This document shows positions 1 through 13,995 of a stretch of 64,000 nucleotides of DNA, piece after piece. Position numbers and translations under genes: made by a program. Origin of the DNA: Squalus acanthias (Eukaryota); contig CM059433.1 of the NCBI GenBank assembly GCA_030390025.1, positions 13,890,001 through 13,954,000 of the forward strand, read 5' to 3'. Each line of letters begins with the position of its first letter. The first letter of the stretch is position 1. The notes below the pieces were generated by a model. The model had not been told where the DNA came from. It ran no database searches and saw nothing but the letters and a program-made list of their open reading frames with translations.

Positions 1-845
1 TAGACTCTCAATCTGGATGGCTGCGGGTGGGAAACAGAGGTTTCAAATGCAAACTCAGTCCCTGCCGTTACATTCGGCAGGGCCTACGGGAAACCCATTC
101 TCCCGGCTTTCCCAACCGTTTCCAAGCCCCCCACCCCCATCCACCACTTCCAACCTGAAAAGTATTAAAATTCAGGCCATTAACCCTGCTTCTCTCTCCA
201 CAGATGCTGCCTGAGCTGCTGCATATTCCCAGCATTTGCTGTTTTTACTTCAGATTTTCCAGACGCCACAGTATTTTATTTTTGATCTAATCTTATACTC
301 ACCTGGTGTCCATACACACTCATTTCCAGGAGTCAATGGATAGCAATTGGGAGCAGAAACCCTGGCTGGCTTCCTTCCCGCCCCGCCCCACCCTTCCTAG
401 TCAAAGGCTGCTTAGGCCAGCAGTAGTATTACTACAATTGACCCCACTGTGGTCAGCTAAATCAGCACCGACTGGGGAACAAACATGGCACTTCAAAGCT
501 TACAGGGCTCAGTGCCACTACACATGGTTTATTTACCTATTAAGCCATCAAGGGAGCTGCATAGCCTAAAATGTAAGAATAAACCCTAAAGATCAGCATT
601 GGCTTTACGGTTATTAACAGCAGGGGTGACTGCGCGTAATGCTTCTCGGGAAGAAACTGTGAGGAGGGGGCATACAAACCGAGCAAAAAAAATCAGGAGA
701 GACGATGAGGACGGAGACTCAGGCCGAAAGCAAATCCTAACCAAAACTGAAACCAAAGTAAGGATGCACTAGAGTGTAAAAGAGAAAGATATTTAAAGAA
801 CCCAGCACTTCCAGAGATTTCGCTCTGGGACGCGAGGAAATTAGG

Positions 846-1190
846 AAGAAAGAAGTTGCATTTTTATAGCGCCTTTCATGTCCTTAAGACATACAAAAGT
901 GCCTCACAGCCAACAAATTATTTTTGACGTGCAATCACAGTTGTTATGTGCAGCAATCAGTCTGTACACTTCCAACAAAGGTCCAGTTCATCTACGTTTT
1001 AACGGCATTGGTTGCGAGACAAATGCTGGCTGAGACATCAGAGCTCACCTGCTCTTCTTCGAATAATGGGACCTTTTATGTCTTTCTGAGTTTAGCAGCT
1101 CATCCAATAGACGGCACCTCTGGCAGCGCAGCACTCTCACAGTAACGCAGTGATGTCAGAGGTAAGACTGCTACCATTGAGCCAAGCTAA
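846..1190 (-). mobile_element. Degenerate tRNA-SINE
   Basis: TTGCATTTTTATAGCGCCTTT tail plus eroded body and head. Confidence 0.7.
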
Positions 1191-1227
1191 CACTTACAAT
1201 GAGGGTACCTTAGTTACGAATTTACAT

Positions 1228-1678
1228 GGATACTCCAGGACAAAGCAGCCCATTTGATTGGCACCCCATCCACCACCTTAAACATTCACTCCCTTACCAC
1301 GTGGCTGCAGTGTGTACCATCCACAAGATGCACTGCAGCAACTCGCCGAGGCTTCTTCGGCAGCACCTCCCAAACCCGCGACCTCTTCCACCTAGAAGGA
1401 CAAGGGCAGCAGGTGCATGGGAACACCACCACCTCCAAGTTCCCCTCCAAGTCACACACCATCCTGACTTGGGAATATATCGCCGATCCTTCATCGTCGC
1501 TGGGTCAAAATCCTGGAACTCCCTCCCGAACAGCACTGTGGGAGTACCTTCACCACGCGGACTGCAGCGGTTCAAGAAGGCAGCTCACCACCACCTTCTC
1601 AAGGGCAACTAGGGATGGGCAATAAATGCTGGCCTTGCCAGCGACACCCTGATCCCATAAGCGATTTTAAAAAAAAAT
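1228..1678 (+). mobile_element. LINE 3' end, second CR1-group family (GGGCAATAAATGCTGGCC 3' UTR)
   Basis: VAAVCTIHKMHCSNSPRLL...KSWNSLP...FKKAAHHHLLKGN; same family as 15070, 51245 and 60225. Confidence 0.85.
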
Positions 1679-2545
1679 GAATAAGACACTGCAGTAATGT
1701 AACCTTTCAGGGCTGACTAAAAGCCAAAACAAAGAAAGCTGAAAGCTGCTACAACTGCCAAACTATAAACTTTTAATAGCAGAGACAAAAAAGCAGTAAG
1801 TCTTAAATAATGCAATTAAGTCAGTTTTACAGTCAAGCTCATAGGGTTCCTCGTAATTGGATGGAAATCAATTTAATTTTATGTATTTGATGACACTAGA
1901 AAGAGTAAATGGCCAGATAATCTGAACTAAACCAAGCCTATCAAACCTTGATGAGCTAAATTTGACTTCTTTTTAAGCTTTGTTTAGTGTCATTCAACAG
2001 TGGTTATTTCTGCAGCAGTACATTTTGGATTGTTTGTGTGTTGTGATGCGTTTTGTGCATTCTATTATTTGAGCAAGCACTTATGGTATGAGTTTGTATG
2101 CGGTTTCATCTTATATGTGCAAAATGTAAATAGGATGGAAGTAGATTGAAATAAATGCTACTAATTTACATTATACCAAGAAGGAGTGACCTTCAGTTCT
2201 TGGTACGCCAACACTAATTGTGAAGTGAATACACAAGATAAAGGCTTTTTTTTAATGGTGAAAAGCCATGGCCCAAAAATTTGGGGTCCTTGCTCTGCCG
2301 TACCGCTTGGGTGTAGTGCCCCTGCCCAGCAATGGGGTGGGGGAAGGAAGGGGCAGGAAAATTGGCTCTCAGACATCTGAACTAATTTACATTGAGAAGC
2401 TATATAAATCAAGTCTTAGGAACGATGAGCAGCATGAATAACGATAAGCAGGTTTTTCAACTTGAGTATGATGACAGAACTTGAAGTCATGAGTACAAAA
2501 TTAACAAACCAAGCAAGACATTGGCGGGGGGGGGGGGGGGGGGGA

Positions 2546-3262
2546 GGGTGAAATTGGGCTGCTTTGCGCCTCCCGTAAGCGCCCCCCCCCGGCGCAAAGA
2601 CCCTAGCGCCTGGACGCGGCGCTGCTAACGCCTCCTGCGAAATTCAGCGGGAGGTTAGTGGCGGCGGTAGCCAGTAGCGCCCTGTGGCACTGCGCCTCCG
2701 GTGATGACGTCATCGCCGTGCGCAGCGCCCCGGCTGCAAACCTGGCTTGCGCCCCCTGACCTGCTGCCGGACGCTATATCCGACAGGGTCAGGGTGGTGT
2801 TTTTGCAGCCGCGGTGGCGCTAATTAAAGGGGAGCTGCCGGGCGGCCATTTTCTTGGGGATTCCTGCCAGCACCTGCCACCTTTCGCTTCCTCATGCTGG
2901 GTGCCGGCCGCGAACGGTCAGCCCGGTACTCCTCTTGAGTGCCGGGCTGTTTTCCCGGCACCCCACTCCCCAGTGGCCCAGCAAGGCCTCGGTGCGCGCT
3001 GCGCTAGGCCCCTCCCCTTTAATCAGGGGCGGGAGGCCTGTAATACTACGGCGCTATGTGCTGACAGGGGTGGCGCTGTTGCACGTAGCGCCGCAATATT
3101 GAATGGTAGCGCCCCAGGAAGGAGGGGGAGCGCTTCCAGTAGCGCCCCACCTCCTGCTTGGGGCGTTACCATTCAATTTACGGCGCGGGGGCGCTAACTT
3201 TTTCGCGGCGCTAAAAGTAGCAAAGTTAGCGACCCAAAGGGGGCGCGACTGAATTTTTCCCC
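2546..3262. mobile_element. GC-rich AGCGCC-motif MITE, family B
   Basis: GGGTGAAATT...AATTTTTCCCC ends; reverse-complement similarity to 17833-18498. Confidence 0.78.
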
Positions 3263-3520
3263 ATGAAATTAGAAGAGTAGTGAATATAAGGAGAAGAACA
3301 GAGATTATATAAGAATCAGACTCCCAACAAAAGCATAATAATAATTTGTCAATTGATTTATTTAAAAAAGAGCTGTGTAAATATCTGTTTATAGTGAAAA
3401 GATCAGACTGGAATGATTAACTTCTGTATGGAACATAATGGCTCCTGTAGTGCTCAGAACATGATGCCCATCTGTGAATTGAGACTGGGTAGAGATGCAC
3501 AGTTTTGTTTTAATACCTTG

Positions 3521-5168
3521 GGGGAGAAATTGGGCACCTTAGCACCTCCCGTTAACGCCTCTGGGGGACGCTAAGCACTTACCGACCGGGCGCGGAGAGA
3601 CGATCGCCTTCCGCTCTCTTCGGCGGGAGGTTTGCGGCGGTGGTACGCTGTTGCGCCCCGATGGGATTGTAAGTTGTGAGGAGGATGCAAAGAGGCTTCA
3701 AGGGGATAGACAGGCTGAGTGAGTGGGCAAGAACATGGCAAATGGAATATAATGTGGAGAAATGTGAAATTGTCCACTTTGGTAGGAAAAATAGAAAAGC
3801 AGAGCATTTTTTAAATGGTGAGAGATTGGAAATGTTGGTGTTCAGAGGGACCTGGGTGTCCTTGTACATGAATCACTGAAAGTTAACATGCAGGTACAAC
3901 AAGCAATTAGGAAAGCAAATGGTATGTTGGCCTTTTTTACAAGAGGATTTAAGTATAAGAGTAAAGACGTCTTACTGCAATTATATAGGGTCCTGGTGAG
4001 ACCACACCTGGAGTATTGTGTACAGTTTTGGTCTCCTTACCTAAGGAAGGATATACTTGCTATAGAGGGAGTGCAGTGAAGGTTCACCAGACTGATTCCT
4101 GGGATGGGTGGATTGTCCTATGAGGACAGACTGAGTAGACTGGGCTTATATTCTCTAGAGTTTAGAAGAATGAGAGGTGATCTCATTGAAAGATACAACA
4201 TTTTTACAGGGCTTGACAGGGTAGATGCAGGGAGGATGTTTCCTTTGGCTGGGGAGTCTAGAACCAGGGGTCACAGACTCAGAATAAGGGGTCGGCTATT
4301 TAGGACTGAGATGAGGAGAAATTTCTTCACTCAGAGGGTGGTGAATCTTTGGAATTCTCTACCCCAAAGGGCTGTGGAGGCTCAGTCATTGAGTATATTC
4401 AAGACAGAGATCGATAAATTTTTGGATATTAAGGGAATCAAGGGGTATGGGGATAGTGCAGGAAAGTGGAGATGAGGTAGAAGATCAGCCATGATCGCAT
4501 TGAATGGCGGAGCAGGCTCGAAGGGCCAAAGGGCCGACTCCTGCTCCTATTTTTATGTTCTTATGTTCTTATGATCTCCTTCACCTGGAGATCGTGATGT
4601 CATCGCCCGGTAGCACCCTGGAGCCAAACTTCGGTTCCACCCCCTGCAGCATCGCCGGGTGACGACACCGGCAGCTGCAGGAGGCGTTCATCGGGAGGCC
4701 GGGCGCTTCGGGGGGCGATACTTAAAGGCGAGGTGGCCAAGGTAAGTAAAAAAATTCTGAAATGCTCTTTTGCTTTTTATTTTCCTTGTCTTCGCCAGCG
4801 CTCGATCGGCCCGGCGCTCTGCTGCAGTGCATCGGGCTGATCGGGCCGGATCGCGGCTGCCGTCGGGGACCAGGTAAGATTTGCCCTTGCAGAGCCTGCA
4901 GCGATGGCCCTTCCCTTTAAGGGAGGGAAGGAGCCTTCCAACGTGGCAGTGCTGCTCGGCCCAGTGTACAGCGCTGCTCACCTACCGTCCCACCTGCTGC
5001 CTGTTGCGCTCCAGGAAGGAAGTAGAACGCTTGATTTAGTGCTCCACTTCCTTCCTGGAGCGCAAATCCCGAATTTTTTTAAAAGTTGAAAAACATTAGC
5101 GCCTGGCACCAATTTTTTCAACTTTTAAAAGTTAGCGCCCCAAACGGGGCGTGGCCAAATTTCTCCCC
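3521..5168. mobile_element. GC-rich MITE split by CR1
   Basis: TIR GGGGAGAAATT...AATTTCTCCCC. Confidence 0.8.
3661..4573 (+). mobile_element. 5'-truncated CR1 LINE inserted in a MITE
   Basis: WQMEYNVEKC, RPHLEYCVQFW, RRMRGDLIE, RNFFTQRVV; (TTCTTATG)n tail. Confidence 0.93.
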
Positions 5169-6369
5169 TCTTACGTTTAGTCCTGAAATTTTGCTCACTT
5201 GCTTTTGAGAAATGGGAGAAGTTTCACAGACCTGTCATCATCAGCAAATGGTCTGACACAAATCATGCTCCAGACATCGCTAACATGACTTCCTTCTCAC
5301 TACCACCAAAAAAGCATTCAAGCACATCCCAGGAACACTCATGACTTCAAGTCCTTCACTAATCCGGAGGTTTCCACGTGCAACAGCATCCCCCCAGATC
5401 CAAGGAACACCACCTTTAATTCTACACCAGGATTCCTCAGATGGACCTTGACTACCAATGACTACCAGCTGTCTTCATCTCAGTGTTTCAGCCTCTGAAA
5501 GAGAACATGCATGCCTGTAAAAGAACAAGAATCAGTCGATAAGTTACAACCAGGCATTTGACTTGACCTTGCAAAAGATAAAGTTAATTAGCAAAGAAAG
5601 GCAGGCCCGCACCGATAGCTCATTTATAAATGCAGGGCCGCACTGATGAGTCATTTATAAAGGCAATTTAACTAATTTCTGCCGCAATTGAGCTCAACAC
5701 CCCTGATCTAGAGATGGGAAAATCAGCGAGGGTTCCCGCTCTTAATAGTTACCCAGTGACTCCTGCTAGATAGTGCGTTTGTGTTAAATGCAGGCGAAGA
5801 CAGAATTGAGTTTGGCATTGATGTCCCCCACAATTGAATGGCCTGCCAACATTCATTGTCCAAGCTCACAAAAGAAGAAAGGTCGACACCTGGGAAATCA
5901 TGCCCTGGTCGAAGTCAGCACCTTCAGGATTAGAGGATGGGAGAAAAATTGTCAAAAAGTAAAGAAAGGCAGAATGACTTCAGATAGTTAAGGGAAGGCA
6001 TAAAAAAGGTAATTACTGAGTTTGAGCATGAAGAGGTTGAGGCAAAGTAAAAGAGGTGAGGGAATTAGATGTCTATATAAAATAAGTGACAAATAACATT
6101 AGCGGTGTTTGAGAAGTAATGAGATTAGGTGTATGGATGAAAGGAAGAGTAATCGAGGACTAAACTAGCAAATAACACGAGGGAGTGTTGGCCGAAGGAA
6201 TAAAGGATGTGAAAAGCAACAATCTCACCGAAGGAGTAACTCTTTGTCCAAAAAGAAAATAGTCTTGTAAATAATTTTCCGTAAAGCTGATCTATGATTT
6301 TTTTTTTCAATTATAATTAATCTGGACAGAGAACACTGCTTAGAATATTGAAAACAAAAATCATCTAAT

Positions 6370-7665
6370 ACAATAGCAAAATACTGCGGATGCTGGAAAT
6401 CTGAAGTAACAACAGAAAGTGCTGGAAACACTCAGCAGGTCAGGCAGCACTGAAGAGAGGAGAAACAGAGTCAACGTTTCGGGTCGAACCCTTCGTCAGA
6501 GCTGGAAAAGGTTGGGGAGGAGAGATTTTTAAGCAGGGGCAGGGAGGAGGGGAGGAAAGAACAAAGGGAAGGTCTGTGATAGGGTGGAAGGCAGGAGAGA
6601 TTGACTGACAAAAGGGATGATGGTGCAAGGCAAAAGGAGATGGGACAAGTTAAGAAACAAAAGATGGCTTGAGACTCTGGGCTGGATTTTGAATGACCCA
6701 TGGAGTCGGGTTTGGAGGCGTGTGGGGGGTTAAATTTGCGGGGTCGGGGTTTCCGACCCCATCCCGACTCCATCCCGCCTCCACGCAATTTTGACAAAAT
6801 CAGTCGCGGGGTTCCCGACTCCGTCCCGCCTCCAAGAGGCGGGAGAGGCCATTAAAGCCCTTAACAAGCCCTAAATTGGCCCTGTAATGCCATTTTGAAA
6901 CGTTTTAGCTAGTTTCACCCTTTTCTGATGTGAAGTACGCCTGGTGTGAAACACTCCAGTGAAACTTGGCGGGAGCACAAGTGGATAGCTGACTTTGAGC
7001 TGCAGGTACACTATTACAACGGAGATGTGATGAAGGTAGTAGTAGTATTAGGTCTGAAAGTCGCCTCTGATGCTGCTGCATTGAATGTGTTCAGAGACTG
7101 CCTGGCCTTTGCTGTGAGAGGACTTGGATGCAAAAAACGTCTCTCTCTCTCTCTCTCTCTCACTCACTCTCACTCACACATATCAATTTTGCATCCAGGT
7201 CCAATCACTTCAAAAGCCAGGCAGGTCCTCTCTCAGCAACAGCCAGACAGTCTCTGATACCAGGCAGACAGTCTCTCACCTGCAATGCAGCAGCAATGAT
7301 GACATCATCAGAGGCGAGTTTCAGCCTGAAACCACTAATTAGTTCATGGGTTCCCACATGCTGCAACTCAATTGCCCAATTAAGTAAAAATTGCATCAGG
7401 CATCCACATTAATCTGGAGTCGGGGGGGAAACACGAAATGCGGATTACATGACCCCAACCCGACCCCAAGACAAAATCCAGCCCGATGTGTGAATGATGA
7501 TGGCAGCAACATTAACAGCTACCATGTGAGGAAACAAGAGAAAGAAAAAAAACAGGAACTACAGGGGCCAATTTATAGTCTGAAATTGTTGAACTCGATG
7601 TTAAGTCCAGAAGGCTGTAAAGTGCCTAATAGAAAGCTGAGGTGCTGTTCCTCGAGCTTACGTTA
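6370..7665 (-). mobile_element. Penelope-like retroelement terminal region, split by a MITE (short copy also at ~180-285)
   Basis: GATGCTGGAAATCTGAA...CTCAGCAGGTCAGGCAGC and the minus-strand motif TCTGACGAAGGG...CGAAACG, typical of Penelope termini as I recall them. Confidence 0.55.
6679..7484. mobile_element. Harbinger-type MITE, family A (second copy)
   Basis: Same TIRs, highly similar to 10631-11376; TSD not preserved. Confidence 0.85.
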
Positions 7666-8283
7666 ACCTTACCTTTTTAAGAAAAACATTCAAGTTTACT
7701 TCAGCAGTTGCAGTAATCCCTCATCTTATTTCTTGATAAAAATGGTGCATTTCTTGCAGTTCTCTTCTTAATCATGAAATGTGAGCCTCTCTTCTGTAGC
7801 CAGTATCAGATTTTCAAGTTGACATAAGCCCCCAGATAGCACTCCTGTCTCCTCAGGAAAAAAAAACAAGAGCACCATTGGCCCTATCTGTTACAATGGA
7901 TTGTATGCGAGCATGAGCACATTCCTGGTAGCTGCACGTTCCTGAGGACACATTGGTGATCCACATCTTTGCTCATTGTTGGCCGTAATATTGTGCCGTG
8001 TTGTCTATCTGTCCAGCACAACGTGACAACAAAATATACAGACCTTCCCTGGATCAGATTGTGTTCTCTTCTGTGTAAAATGGAAGTACTCCAATCTCAT
8101 TTTTAAAAGCCAAATATGATACTTGATTAGCCTTATGGTGGTGCAAGTCCTATGTTTATAGTGCTGCAGAATAGTTGAAGACGCAAGGACATAAAATGTA
8201 AGAAATGACTAGTTGGGCCAAGAGACTAACTCCTTCTGATAGATGATGTACAATTTGCCCATCTCACTGATTTCGAACTCATT

Positions 8284-9127
8284 GGGCTCAATTTTCACCG
8301 GCCCGTGGAGGCGGGTTTGGAGGCGGGAGTGGTGTGAAATTAGCAGATTCGGGGATCCCGAACCCATCCCGCCCCCAACCCGCCTCCATGCCAGTTTCCC
8401 AGGAGGTGGGTACCTGACCTGTGCTGGGACCCGCCTCCCCGAGGCGGGAAGGGGATTAGTGCCAATAAACTGCTTGTTAACAGGTAGTTAACAGGCAGTT
8501 TTTTGCCTAATTCCTATTTTTAGCCCTGAAGTGTGTGCTTCCCGACAGGTCCGAACCACGCCGATTTAGCGAGGCGGACCGTCGGTCTGGAGGGTTTGGA
8601 GGGGTCGAGATGTCCAGTGTGCAGGTGAGTGATGGGTGCATGAGTGCAGAGGTAAGTGTGTTTGGTGTGTGTAAAGTGTTATAAGAACTTTTACTTACCT
8701 TAACTTTGTCGTGCAGGCTAGCTTCCTTAAGGTGTCGGGAGTCCCTCACATCCATGGCACAGAAAGCAGAATGGCCGCGGAGCTGTCAAAAGCTGCAGTC
8801 TCTGCTTTCTGTGCTGGATTGATTTCTAACTGAGTCTAAATACAGGGACTGAAGTTAGAAATCATATTGTCAGTGTTTGACAGCTTCACAGAGCTGTCAA
8901 ACGCTGAAATTTCATCTGTCAAAAGCTCTTGACAGATGAAATTTCTATGGCTGACGTCACCTGTATCCAAGGGACCCTTGATTGGCCTGCTAAGCCCGCT
9001 GGGCAGGCTTAACAAGGTCAATCAAGGGAAAATACAGTGGGTTGGCCACAAGTCGATGGAGGCGGGACTACAACCCAAAAAGTGGGAGTCCCGCCTCCAT
9101 CACGTCTCCATTGACAAAATCCAGCCC
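8284..9127. mobile_element. Harbinger-type MITE
   Basis: GGGCTCAATTTT...AAAATCCAGCCC; TSD ATT. Confidence 0.8.
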
Positions 9128-9504
9128 ATTGTATCTCCTGAGGGGTGTGACTAGCCACAGTTGAAGATTTCCTCTGTACACTATCGGGTAAAGTCCCGAA
9201 ATAAAACCTTGCACAGCGGAAGCGTAGATCAGAAAACCAGGTCTGTAGGTAAGTATGCTTGATTTTCAGTGCTTTCAATTCTCCAGTGATTAAACCGGGT
9301 GCACTGATCTCTGCATGGGATACGACGATCGGTGCTCCTGTTGAGCGAAGTGCTGCTGCATGGGGAGCCTCACTTCACACACTTCACTTCTTTATGCAGC
9401 AAAATCAGAAACCCATTTATAAAGAATAGGGTTGCAATATCATTATGTGCAGCATGCAGAGGAAACTCTACCAACCCCACACTGTTAGAACTTCCAAGAT
9501 AAAA

Positions 9505-9975
9505 AAGAAAAAATGACTTGCATTTATATAGCGCCTTTCACGACCACCGGATGTCTCAAAGCACTTTACAGCCAATGAAATACTTTTTTGGAGTGTAGTC
9601 GCAGTTGTATTGTGGGAAACGCGGCAGCCAACTTGTGCACAGCAAGCTCTCACAAACAGCAATGTGATAATGACCAGATAATCTGTTTTTGTTATGTTGA
9701 TTGAGGGATAGCTATTGGCCAGGACACCGGGGATAACTCCCCTGCTCTTCTTCGAAATAGTGCCATGGGATCTTCTACATCCACCTGAGAGAGCAGACGG
9801 GGCCTCGGTTTAACATCTCAGCCGAAAGACGGCACCTCCGACAGTGCAGCACTCCCTCAACACTGCACTGGAGTGTCGGCCTAGCTTTTTATGTGCTCAA
9901 GTCCCTGGAGTGGGACTTGAACCCACAACCTTCATGACTCAGAGGTGAGTTTGCTACCCACTGCGCCACTGGCTG
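9505..9975 (-). mobile_element. Full-length tRNA-SINE, same family
   Basis: Reverse-complement match to 34803-35279. Confidence 0.88.
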
Positions 9976-10630
9976 AAAACTCTGAAATTTTTCTGTGGCT
10001 CTCACTGTAATCCAGGTAATTTCAGGATACATTTCTAATGCTTTGAGTTATATTATTCAACCCATATCAGCTTCATTGCACAGATGACATTTTCATGATT
10101 CCAGGAGCTTTGGTTCTGTAAATCAATTAATTCTAGTTATCTTGATTTGATCTTCTCCTCTAGCCTGTCCTATTCTGAATCATGCCAGGGTAAATGATTC
10201 CAGGGACGAAACAAGAGGTTATCTTCACAGCATTAGCTCTTATTCTTTAGAGACACTTTGACTAAACGTTGCCTGCCATTACGGACAGACAAAAAAGACC
10301 GACTGGCCCTTCGAGCCGCTCCTCTACTGCCATGGTGTAAATTCTGCACACCAAAGCGTGCATCTGACCCCTCCTCGACCCGCCTCCCCCACACCCACCA
10401 ACCACACAATCTCCTAGGATAGGCCCAAAAAAAAGGAAAAAAATAGAGGCCAATTTAGGAAAAAAAGTTCCAGGACACCACAGTGACAGGGAGACACATC
10501 CCCAAAAACTCACCGACATTCTATATAAGGTTACATTGGTCACACTCAGGAACTTGTCCAGCTCCCTTCTGAATGCTTGCAGTGAATCCGCACTCACTGC
10601 ACATGGAGATAACTTGTTTCAGAAGTCAAT

Positions 10631-11070
10631 GGGCTGGATTTTGAATGACCCGTGGAGTCGGGTTTGGAGGCATGCGGGGGGTTAAAGTTGCAGATTCAGG
10701 GGTCCCGTCCCCATCCCGCCTCCACGCAATTTTGATAAAATCGGTCGCAGGGTTCCCGACTCCGTCCCGCCTCCAAGAGGCGGGAGAGGCCATTAAAGCC
10801 CTTAACAAGCCCTAAATTGGCTCTGTAATGCCATTTTGAAACGTTTTAGCTAGTTTAACCCTTTTCCGACGTGAAGTACGCCTGGTGTGAAACACTCCAG
10901 TGAAACCTGGCGGGAGCACAAGTGGATAGCTGACTATCAGCTGCAGGTCCACTATTACAACGGAAATGTGATGAAGGTAGTAGTAGTATTAGGTCTGAAA
11001 GTCGCCTCTGATGCTGCTGCATTGAATGTCTTCAGAGACTGCCTGGGAGGACTTGGTTGCAAAAAATATT

Positions 11071-11109
<39 letters not shown>

Positions 11110-11376
11110 ATGCTGCTCATTTTGCATCCAGGCCCTGTCACAGCAAAGGCCAGGCAATCTCTGAGACCAGGCAGTCTCTGACCTGCAATTATGACATCAT
11201 CAGAGGCGACTTTCAGACTGAAACCACTAATTGGTTCATGGGTTCCCACATGCTGGAACTCAATTGCCCAATTAAGTGAAAATTGCATCATTCATCCACA
11301 TTAATCTGGAGTCGGGGGGGCAACACGAAATGCGGGTAACACGACCCCAACCCGACCCCAAGACAAAATCCAGCCC
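10631..11376. mobile_element. Harbinger-type MITE, family A
   Basis: 13-bp TIR GGGCTGGATTTTG; TSD AAT. Confidence 0.88.
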
Positions 11377-11399
11377 AATGACTCTCCATGAAAAGTAAT

Positions 11400-12240
11400 A
11401 CCTCTTAACATCTCTATGCTCTATGTTTACATAAATCATACTTGGGTCCCCGGTCCCCTAGCCTATCTAGCTCAAATAGTCAATCCTCATGGATCAAAGT
11501 CTAATCCTATCGTTATCTTAAAGACCACAAGCAAATCTCCTCGAAGTTTATTGTAAAATTCCCCCACTTTCTAAACCTAGGTACCAATCTAGTGGCCCTC
11601 CTCTGTACCCTGTCCAGGGCCTCTATATCACATAACATGTGAGGGGACCAAAACTGACCACGATATTCCAGATGAGGCCTGACCAGGCCCTTGTAAAGAC
11701 ACAGAGAAATATTTTGTGTTTGGTATATAATTGTTCTGGCAATAAATCCAATACTCTTTTGGATTTGAAATATCCTCACAGCACTGGTCATGGACTTTCA
11801 ATGATTCATGAACTATAACATCCAAGTCCTCCTCCCACTCAGCAGCCTTGAGCATGTAACGCTGCAGGGAGTACTAATGCTTGGTGGTGCCCCAATCCAA
11901 GTCCATAACATTACATTTATCTATATTAAAAGACAGCAGGCAGATACAGGCCGTTTCCCTAGATCTGCCTGAAATTCATTTTTATTATACAAAGTCCGTA
12001 CGGCTGCACACATCTTTGTATCTACCCATGAACTTGCAGACAGTTCCCCCGATGCCTTCATCCACATCATTGAAAAAGATGATGAAGAGCAACTGCCCTG
12101 ACATTTATTCCTACAGGACTTGACTAATAAATGATCCCCATGCAGAACCACTACAATTAATAACTACCTTCTGTCTAGAGGATGCAACCAGTTCCTTATT
12201 CGACCCAAAATCTGCATGCTAATCCCACAGGACTCAACTA
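11400..12240 (-). mobile_element. Old CR1-type LINE RT fragment
   Basis: LYKGLVRPHLEYRGQFWSPH...RVQRRATRLVP, heavily degraded. Confidence 0.75.
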
Positions 12241-12329
12241 TACTAGAAATGGCAACTCTTCTAAGGTTCTGTATATTAAATATGCAAAAGAATTTTATAA
12301 CAGTTGCCATTTATAGCATACACCATCAG

Positions 12330-13283
12330 TTGTAGCATTCGCACCTCTGAGTCAGAAGGTCACTGGTTCAAACCCCACTCCAGGTCCTCCTGAGCACATA
12401 ATCTAAGTTGACGGTATTGTGTACTACTGAGGGATTACTGCATTGTCAGAGGAGCCGTCATTCAGATTGTACTCCAAATTGAAGCCCCATCTGCCTTCTC
12501 AGGTGTATTCGGAGAAGAACAGGGAATTCTCCTGGTGTCCTGGCCAACCTCTATCCTTCAACCAACACCACCAAAACAGATTGATTGGTCATTTATCCTA
12601 CTGTGTGTGGGATCTTGCCTGCTGTATTTGGAATATAGAAACACAGAAAAATAGGAGCAGGAGTAGGCCATTCGGCCCTTCGAGCCTGCTCCGCCATTCA
12701 ATATGATCATGGCTAATCCTCTATTTCAATACCATATTCCCGCTCTCTCCCCATACCCCTTGATGCCTTTTGTGTCTAGAAGTCTATCTATCTCCTTCTT
12801 AAATATATTCAGTGAATTGGCCTCCACAGCCTTCTGTGGTAGAGAATTCCACAGGTTCACCACCCTCTGAGTGAAGAAATTTCTCCTCATCTCAGTCCTA
12901 AATGTCCTACCCCGTATCCTGAGACTGTGACCCCTCGTTCTAGACCCCCCCCCCCCTCCCAGCCAGGGGAAACATCCTCCCTGCATCCAGTCTGACTAGC
13001 CCTGTCAGAATTTTATACGTTTCAATGAGATCCCCTCTCATTCTTCTAAACTCTAGTGAATACAGGCCTAGTCGACCCAATCTCTCCTCATACGACAGTC
13101 CTGCCATCCCAGGAATCAGTCTGGTGAACCTTCGCTGCGCTCCCTCTATGGCAAGTATATATGTCATATTTGCCTACATGACAACAGTGACTACACTGCA
13201 AAATTAATTCAATGCCTGTAAAGCACTTTGGGATGTCCTGAAGATATGAAAGGCGCTATATAGATGCAAGTTATTTCTTTTCT
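12330..13283 (+). mobile_element. tRNA-SINE split by CR1
   Basis: Head CCTCTGAGTCAGAAGG..GGTTCAAACCCC; tail at 13170-13283. Confidence 0.8.
12635..13157 (-). mobile_element. CR1 3' fragment inserted in a tRNA-SINE
   Basis: RRFTRLIPGM...RRMRGDLIETYK and CR1 3' UTR. SINE sequence continues on both sides. Confidence 0.9.
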
Positions 13284-13814
13284 TTGAAATTTCTTTTTCC
13301 ATTACAGAGAAATAAACAGTAGCAGAATCACAGAACTAATATTGAATGCCATCCACGGACCGGGCAATAATTCCTGCAGCTGCGGAGCAAATGATTTTTC
13401 CTCACTGATCTTCTCTCCTCTCCTCCCTGTTCCGAAGGCACTTACCCTCCTGCTGAAATATGTTTCCTTGGGGGCTTGTCACCCTTCGGTACTTCATCCA
13501 TCAATGGCAGTATTTATAGTGAGCCTTGACAGTGAGTCTATTCACATCAGGCTATTCACTTTCAGGAGACTTCACACTGAACCTGAACCCACCCTCACCC
13601 AACGTCAATGCACGTGCAGTTCCAGCAGGGGTCGATGGACAACAATCAAGAGCAGGAACCTTGGCCAGTTTTTCTCTCCCTACTGTGGGGCATTGTGGCC
13701 AATTGTAGCTTGGACTTATGCCCTATATAAGATCGACTCGGGACAGACTCAGGGCAGCTGCTTCAGGATGGAACCTGGCTGAGTTCATCCGGTATGTAAC
13801 CGAGCTATCGATGC

Positions 13815-13995
13815 CAGGAAGGTTCATTCCCCCAGTCTGTGCTGAGTTAGCTGATCTGAGTTGGGCTGGCAGTAGTGGCTTTGCATTTAGTATCAGTGCT
13901 CCTAAGGTTAAGGAAGGAACAAAACCAACGCCCAGGTTTTCACTGCTAAATGTTATCCAGCTGCCTCTGCTGGAAGTGCAAGTGGGTGAACGTCA
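13815..13995 (+). mobile_element. Old SINE-like repeat (other pieces at ~300-530 minus and ~5690-5950 plus)
   Basis: Shared GTGCTGA.TTAGCTGA and CAGGGTT..C.GCT...TA.CCA.TGAC.CCTG blocks. Confidence 0.5.

Noticed and set aside
7700..9400. Possible ancient hAT transposase remnants around the 8284 MITE
   Set aside because: Only vague motif resemblance; not supportable without a profile search.
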